A stretch of 32,000 nucleotides of DNA, taken from assembly GCA_000025185.1 (NCBI GenBank), contig CP001848.1, positions 5,820,001-5,852,000 on the forward strand, in the 5' to 3' direction. The notes beneath the pieces were generated by a model. It searched no databases. It had not been told where the DNA came from and was given only the letters and a program-made list of their open reading frames with translations. The stretch's first letter is position 1. The number at the start of each line of letters is the position of its first letter. The position numbers and the translations under genes are program-made. Origin of the DNA: Pirellula staleyi DSM 6068. GTDB lineage: Bacteria; Planctomycetota; Planctomycetia; Pirellulales; Pirellulaceae. Shown one piece after another: positions 26,952 through 32,000 of this stretch.

Positions 26952-28265
26952 GTGTCCGACGCTTCTTCAAGCACACCTTCCGTTCCAGCCACCAAACCTT
27001 CGCGCCGCAGTTTCCTGGGAACCAGTGCTGCCGCTGTTGCCGGTGGTTCGATCGCCCTTTCGATGGTCACACCACCAGCTGTTCATGCCGCCGGTGACGA
27101 CATCCTTAAGGTAGCCCTCATCGGTTGCGGTGGTCGTGGTCGCCAAGCCGCCATCAACGCGATGCGCGCCGACAAAAACAATCGCCTCACGGTTCTCTGC
27201 GATGCGTTCCCCGATCAAGTTGCCGATGCTCAGCAGCAACTCGGCCGCGCTCTCGGTGAACAGTTCCTCGTCACCAACGACACCTGCTTCCACGGCCTCG
27301 ATGCCTATAAGCAAGTGATGGCCAGCGATGTCGATGTAGTGCTCCTCTGCACCCCAACGCATTTCCGCCCTGTCCACCTGCGTGCCGCTGTCGAAGCTGG
27401 CAAGCATATCTTCTGCGAGAAGCCAGTCGCCGTGGATGCCCCCGGCATTCGCAGCTGCCTTGAGTCCACGAAGATGGCCGCCGAAAAGGGACTGAACCTC
27501 GTTTCGGGTCTCTGCTGGCGCTACGACCTCGGTGTTCGGGCCACGATCGACCAGATCAAGAGTGGCGCGATCGGCGACATTGTCGCTATTCAAGAAAACT
27601 ACCTCACCGGCACCCTCTGGCACCGCGATCGCAAGCCAGAATGGTCGGACATGGAATATCAGCTCCGCAACTGGCTCTACTACACCTGGCTGTCGGGCGA
27701 TCACAACGTCGAACAGCACATCCATAGCCTCGACAAGGCAATGTGGCTGATGGACGACGTTCCACCGGTCAGTTGCTACGGCATGGGTGGTCGTCAGGTA
27801 CGCACCGACAAGATGTGGGGCAACATCTACGATCATCACGCTGTGGTGTACGAGTGGGCCAACGGCGTGAAGTGCTATGCCTTCACCCGCCAGATGGCCA
27901 ACTGCGGTTTCAACCAAACCGAAGACTTTGTGATGGGAACCAAGGGCTCGGCCCAGGTTCTGAAGCACGAAGTGATCTCGGAAGGAAAGCCTTGGCGTTA
28001 TCGTGGCGAGAAGCCCAGCATGTACGACGTCGAACATGTCGAACTGTTCAAGGCAATCCGCAGCGGCACGCCGATCAACAATGGCAACTACATGTGCTCC
28101 AGCACGATGCTCGCCATCATGGGTCGCATGGCCACCTACACGGGCGAACAAGTGACCTGGGAAAAGGCGATGGCTTCGACCGAAGACCTCACCCCACCTT
28201 CGTACGCTTGGGGCCCGATGGAAGTTCCACCAGTGGCTATGCCTGGCCAAACCAAGTTCGTCTAA
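26952..28265 (+). CDS. Gfo/Idh/MocA-family oxidoreductase with a twin-arginine (Tat) signal
   Basis: Tat motif SRRSFLGTSAAAVAGGSIALS. Rossmann motif LKVALIGCGGRGRQAA. The likely start is GTG at 26952 with AGGAG 9 nt upstream. The track ORF starts further upstream, at 26814. Confidence 0.85.
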   Translation: MSDASSSTPSVPATKPSRRSFLGTSAAAVAGGSIALSMVTPPAVHAAGDDILKVALIGCGGRGRQAAINAMRADKNNRLTVLCDAFPDQVADAQQQLGRALGEQFLVTNDTCFHGLDAYKQVMASDVDVVLLCTPTHFRPVHLRAAVEAGKHIFCEKPVAVDAPGIRSCLESTKMAAEKGLNLVSGLCWRYDLGVRATIDQIKSGAIGDIVAIQENYLTGTLWHRDRKPEWSDMEYQLRNWLYYTWLSGDHNVEQHIHSLDKAMWLMDDVPPVSCYGMGGRQVRTDKMWGNIYDHHAVVYEWANGVKCYAFTRQMANCGFNQTEDFVMGTKGSAQVLKHEVISEGKPWRYRGEKPSMYDVEHVELFKAIRSGTPINNGNYMCSSTMLAIMGRMATYTGEQVTWEKAMASTEDLTPPSYAWGPMEVPPVAMPGQTKFV

Positions 28266-28326
28266 GCGCGATCAGGAGTAGAGCCGGCTCCACCGGCCGA
28301 CTCGAAGCTGACATCAAAAACTTGAA

Positions 28327-28362
28327 GCGACCACGAGCCTTGCAACTCGTGGTCGCTTTTTT
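28327..28362 (+). terminator. Rho-independent terminator downstream of the oxidoreductase gene
   Basis: GCGACCACGAG-ccttgcaa-CTCGTGGTCGC followed by TTTTTT. This is a perfect 11-bp stem. Confidence 0.75.
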
Positions 28363-28448
28363 CGTACCTACAAATCTTTGATGGAACGGGGCCTATGGAG
28401 ATGCGGCTAAGCTGATCCGCGAGATGAAGCAACGGATCGCCTGAAAGT

Positions 28449-29717
28449 CTAAAACTTCACCTGACCGTTGACGATCACATGCTTGGCCCGGCCCTGGAGC
28501 TGCATCCCAGCTAGAGGTGTATTGGCGCTCTTCGAGTGGAATGTCTTGGGCTCTACCGTCCAGCTAACGCTGGGGTCGATGATGGTGATATCGGCATCGG
28601 CACCGATGGCGAGCGTCCCTTTTTTGATGCCGAGCACTCGCGCGGGATTAGTCGAGAGCTTCGCGATGGCATCGCTCCAGGACAAGTGTCCCGGCTCAAT
28701 CAGCTTGGTGATGACCAGCGCCAGCGTGGTCTCGAGACCCACGGCACCAAACGGCGCGAGGTCGAGCTCTTGCATCTTCTTTTCGCTGGCACGGGGCTGA
28801 TGACTCGAGGCGATCACATCGATCGTTCCATCCTTAAGCCCAGCGATGCAGGCCTCGACATGTTTCACCGAGCGAAGTGGCGGGCTCAGTTTGTACGATG
28901 AATCAAACGAGCGCAGGCACTCGTCGGTGAGTGTGAAATGCAGCGGCGCGATTTCAGCGGTGACAGGAATCTGACGCTGCTTCGCGCGGCGGATCAAATC
29001 GATCGCGCCACTGCTACTGATGTTCATCAGATGCAGCGTCCCTCCAGTGGCATCGGCGAGCCGCAAATCGCGACTGGTCATCACATCTTCTGCGGCGGGA
29101 GCAATCCCGGCGAGCCCCAGCACCATCGAGATCGTCCCTTCGTGCATCACGCCGCCGCGCGACAGTTCATACACTTCGGGATGATGCAAAATCGGTCGCT
29201 TGAACATGATGCAGTATTCGAGCGCGCGGCGCATCAGGTCGGCGTTTTGAATACTTTTGCTGCCGTCGGAAAAGGCAATCGCCCCCGCTTCTACCAGCGA
29301 ACCGATTTCGGCGAGCTCTTTGCCATCGCAATTTTTACTCGCAGCAGCCACGACATAGACATTGCAATTTCCCGCACGAGAAGCCTTTTGCCGAATAAAC
29401 TCCACAGCGGCCGGGGTATCGATCGGCGGATCGGTGTCGGGCATACAAGCGATCGACGTATAGCCCCCTGCAATGGCTGCGGCGGTGCCGCTCATGATGG
29501 TTTCGTCTTCTTCGAAACCTGGCTCGCGCAGTTCGACATGCATGTCGACCAGACCTGGCGAGACAATCAGCCCCTCGGCATCGAGCACGTGATCGGTCGG
29601 CCCGGGCTCGACATCGTAAGCGGCAATCTTCCCGTTCTCGACGAGCAGATTTGCCCTACGATCGAGCCCCTGGCTCGGATCAATAACGCGGCCCCCTCGG
29701 ATGACCAATCGACTCAC
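28449..29717 (-). CDS. pyrC: Dihydroorotase-like amidohydrolase-fold protein, probably a non-catalytic PyrC'-type partner of ATCase
   Basis: Overall DHOase-like sequence: LVIRGGRVIDP, KLSPPLRS, DGTIDVIAS. The ligand motifs are altered: DMHVELREPG instead of HxH, LHLMNISS instead of H-x-S-T, ASSHQPR instead of D-H-A-P-H. The likely start is GTG at 29717 with AGGAG 8 nt upstream, 56 nt after the pyrB stop. Confidence 0.85.
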   Translation of the reverse strand: MSRLVIRGGRVIDPSQGLDRRANLLVENGKIAAYDVEPGPTDHVLDAEGLIVSPGLVDMHVELREPGFEEDETIMSGTAAAIAGGYTSIACMPDTDPPIDTPAAVEFIRQKASRAGNCNVYVVAAASKNCDGKELAEIGSLVEAGAIAFSDGSKSIQNADLMRRALEYCIMFKRPILHHPEVYELSRGGVMHEGTISMVLGLAGIAPAAEDVMTSRDLRLADATGGTLHLMNISSSGAIDLIRRAKQRQIPVTAEIAPLHFTLTDECLRSFDSSYKLSPPLRSVKHVEACIAGLKDGTIDVIASSHQPRASEKKMQELDLAPFGAVGLETTLALVITKLIEPGHLSWSDAIAKLSTNPARVLGIKKGTLAIGADADITIIDPSVSWTVEPKTFHSKSANTPLAGMQLQGRAKHVIVNGQVKF

Positions 29718-29773
29718 AACAGCTACTCCTGCTTGGCTGGACTTCGCATAAATCGGCTCAGCACACTCGCTGC

Positions 29774-30754
29774 TTACTTGGCACCGCTGGTGGCAACTTG
29801 CCCCGCCATGATTGTGAGCCACAGCACCGCCATCCGCACGGCAATGCCGTTGGTCACTTGCTCGAGAATCACGCTGTGAGGACCATCGGCCACATCGGGC
29901 GTGATCTCGACACCACGATTGATCGGCCCCGGGGCCATGATCAGGATGTCGTCTTTCGCCTTTTCCATCCGTTCGCGATTCATCGCATACAGCAGGGCAT
30001 ATTCGCGCACGCTCGGAAAGGGGCGCGTGTATTGCCGCTCGAACTGAATGCGGAGCAAATTGAGGACGTCGCAGCGAGGCAGAATTTCATCGAGGCTGTA
30101 GGCCACTTCGACCCCAAACTGCTCCCATCGCTTCGAGACCAGCGTCGAGGGGCCACACACAATCACGTGCGCACCCAGCTTCTTGAGGCCCCAGATGTTC
30201 GACCGCGCGGTGCGGCTGTGAGCAATGTCTCCCACAAGCGCCACAGTCAGCCCTTGCAAATTCGGGCGCCGCTGACGAATCGTCAGGATGTCGAGCAAAC
30301 CTTGCGTTGGATGTTCGTGGGGACCGTCGCCTGCGTTGATCACGCTGCAATCGAGGTTGCTGGCCAACAGCTGCGGCGTGCCAGGAGTTCGATGCCGAAT
30401 CACCACCGCCGAGACGTTCATCGCCTCGATATTTTTGGCGGTATCGATGACCGTCTCCCCTTTAGCCGTACTGCTGCCTGACGACGAAAACTCCACCGTA
30501 TCGGCCCCGAGGCGACGCGCGGCCAGCGAGAAGCTGTTCCGTGTGCGAGTGCTGTTTTCGAAGAACAGGTTGGCGAGCGTGTGGCCCGTCAGGACCTGAA
30601 TCTTTTTTCGGCAGCCGTCGGTGGCAGTTCGAAAATGCTCGGCGTAGTCAAGAATGCAGGTGAGTTCTTCGGCCGACAGCGACTCAAGATCGAGCAAATG
30701 CGACCGCTTCCAAACGGGTGGGAGCGACGCAAACGCGTGGAGGATGTCTGTCAT
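29774..30754 (-). CDS. pyrB: Aspartate carbamoyltransferase catalytic chain
   Basis: [42 protein letters not shown]. Confidence 0.95.
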   Translation of the reverse strand: MTDILHAFASLPPVWKRSHLLDLESLSAEELTCILDYAEHFRTATDGCRKKIQVLTGHTLANLFFENSTRTRNSFSLAARRLGADTVEFSSSGSSTAKGETVIDTAKNIEAMNVSAVVIRHRTPGTPQLLASNLDCSVINAGDGPHEHPTQGLLDILTIRQRRPNLQGLTVALVGDIAHSRTARSNIWGLKKLGAHVIVCGPSTLVSKRWEQFGVEVAYSLDEILPRCDVLNLLRIQFERQYTRPFPSVREYALLYAMNRERMEKAKDDILIMAPGPINRGVEITPDVADGPHSVILEQVTNGIAVRMAVLWLTIMAGQVATSGAK

Positions 30755-30898
30755 CGAGCGTGGTGGAGAGCCAGAGTTCAGAAGCCGATCGTTCGCGCGT
30801 AGGTGGCTAGGACGACCAGGGCAGATGACGCGTCGAGAATTCTAGGACCCGCCTCCCCTTCTCGCAAGGACCGAGAGGTCGGAGGGCTCATTCGGCGG

Positions 30899-31261
30899 CT
30901 AATCCGGAACATGCCCCAGTTTGGTGAGATCGACCTGAGCCGAGGTGAGGCGGTTGTTCTCGAGTGCGACGGTAACGAAAAAGTCTTTCTGGCAGAGGTG
31001 GCATTCGCAGTAACCTTCGACGAGCAGCAGCGCTGCGCCGAGCTGATCGGCAGACGAAACGGGCTCGCGAAGCATGCGGGGATAGTCGTCGCCAAGCTTC
31101 AAATGCAACTGATTCGCAGTGTTGCCGTGGCGCAGCTCGATCTCCATTTCCCCCTGCTTTCCGCAGCGCGGACAGGTGAGCAAAGCCGCCAGCGTATTGA
31201 AGGTTCCCATCGGGTCGCCCCATGATTTCTGCGTCTCGGAACGACTCCGGTAGTCACTCAC
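30899..31261 (-). CDS. Hypothetical zinc-ribbon protein
   Basis: Two Cys pairs, CPRCGK and CECHLC, about 60 residues apart. The gene lies upstream of pyrB on the same strand. The start may be the internal MGTFNT. It competes with three overlapping ORFs in other frames. Confidence 0.45.
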   Translation of the reverse strand: MSDYRSRSETQKSWGDPMGTFNTLAALLTCPRCGKQGEMEIELRHGNTANQLHLKLGDDYPRMLREPVSSADQLGAALLLVEGYCECHLCQKDFFVTVALENNRLTSAQVDLTKLGHVPD

Positions 31262-31376
31262 GAGGCCAGGATAGCCTACGACGAAGTGGCGCGACTATCT
31301 AGAAGTTCAGGCGACGGGCGGGTATGTTCGCGGGACTCGGATTGGTAGTTTTTCTCACCTTAGTGGAGATTCTAGG

Positions 31377-32000
31377 ATGCGTAAGTTGGCAATGTTGGTG
31401 AGCACACTGGTGCTCGGCGGAGCGATGCTGATGACGAGCATGGTGACAGCAGAAGAGTCGGCCAAGCTGGAAGCGGGGGACCGAATTGTGTTCCTCGGCG
31501 ACTCGATCACGCAGCAAGGAGCTGGCAAAGAGGGTTACGTGACGATGGTCGCCGAGGCCCTCGCGAAAGATCATGCCGATCTGAAGATCGAAGTGATTGG
31601 GGCGGGGATCAGTGGTCACAAAGTGCCGAACCTCGAAGCGCGTCTCGATAAGGACGTCCTCGACAAGAATCCGACGAAAGTGATCATCTACATCGGCATC
31701 AACGATGTATGGCACTCGCAAAGTGGCCGCGGCACGTCGAAGGAAGATTTCGAGGCGGGACTGGGCCGCTTGATCACCCGTATCCGCGAAAAGGGAGCGA
31801 CTCCCCTTCTCTGCACCGCCAGCGTGATCGGTGAAAAGACCGACGGCTCGAACGACCTCGACACGATGCTGGCCGAATACTGCGAAATCTCGCGCAAAGT
31901 GGCTGCTGCTAACAAAGTGCAGCTGATCGACCTGAACAAGGCTTTTTGGGAACACATCAAGGCCAACAACCCCGAGAACAAGGATCGCGGCATTCTGACT
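31377..32000 (+). CDS. SGNH/GDSL-family hydrolase with a signal peptide; 3' end runs off the window
   Basis: Hand-translated as MRKLAMLVSTLVLGGAMLMTSMVTAEE...GDRIVFLGDSITQQG...VIIYIGINDVW... (GDS block I, GxND block III). It is absent from the ORF track because there is no stop in the window. The 218-aa minus-strand ORF at 31299-31955 is its shadow. Confidence 0.8.
   Translation, partial: MRKLAMLVSTLVLGGAMLMTSMVTAEESAKLEAGDRIVFLGDSITQQGAGKEGYVTMVAEALAKDHADLKIEVIGAGISGHKVPNLEARLDKDVLDKNPTKVIIYIGINDVWHSQSGRGTSKEDFEAGLGRLITRIREKGATPLLCTASVIGEKTDGSNDLDTMLAEYCEISRKVAAANKVQLIDLNKAFWEHIKANNPENKDRGILT

Noticed and set aside
26967-28250. A 427-aa minus-strand ORF. Similar long antisense ORFs occur at 25207-26001 (-), 24424-25155 (-), 21491-22495 (+), 28938-29879 (+), 18911-19738 (+), 20482-21216 (-), 23252-23959 (-) and 31299-31955 (-).
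   Set aside because: Each lies antisense to a gene with unmistakable family motifs (oxidoreductase, accC, accB, DUF1559, pyrC-like, TPR, M24 peptidase, SGNH hydrolase). Their translations are Arg/Gly/His-rich and low in complexity. These are typical shadow ORFs of GC-rich DNA.

Overview
The window has two parts.

(A) 1 to ~18.1 kb is the integrase-proximal part of a genomic island inserted next to the 3' end of a tRNA-Asp(GUC) gene (18108-18181, minus strand). A tyrosine integrase and an AlpA/Xis-like excisionase sit directly against the tRNA. The far island boundary lies beyond the left edge of the window.

The cargo is almost entirely nuclease, NTPase or NADase-type conflict genes:
- a trypsin-like protease fused to an endonuclease I domain (partial, not in the ORF track)
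- a 323-aa unknown protein divergent from an MBL/beta-CASP nuclease
- a decayed IS5-family transposase
- a 939-aa SIR2 protein with three GAF-like modules
- a 1273-aa STAND P-loop NTPase with an Mrr-like N-terminal domain and a long helical C-terminus, preceded by a small overlapping ORF
- a PD-(D/E)xK protein divergent from a short HTH regulator

The best candidate for an undescribed system is the minus-strand block 6577-13717 (small ORF, Mrr-STAND, SIR2-GAFx3).

(B) 18.2-32 kb is ordinary core genome of higher G+C. It has a Planctomycetota flavour, given a DUF1559 prepilin-like protein and a Tat-signal Gfo/Idh/MocA oxidoreductase. Genes here:
- a TPR protein
- a secreted HEAT-like protein
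- an M24 Xaa-Pro peptidase
- accB-accC
- pyrB plus a dihydroorotase-like gene whose metal and catalytic motifs look degenerate (PyrC'-type)
- a zinc-ribbon ORF
- a partial SGNH hydrolase (not in the ORF track)

No CRISPR array or rRNA was seen. Many long antisense ORFs in the GC-rich part are shadow ORFs. All domain calls come from reading motifs by eye; no searches were run.
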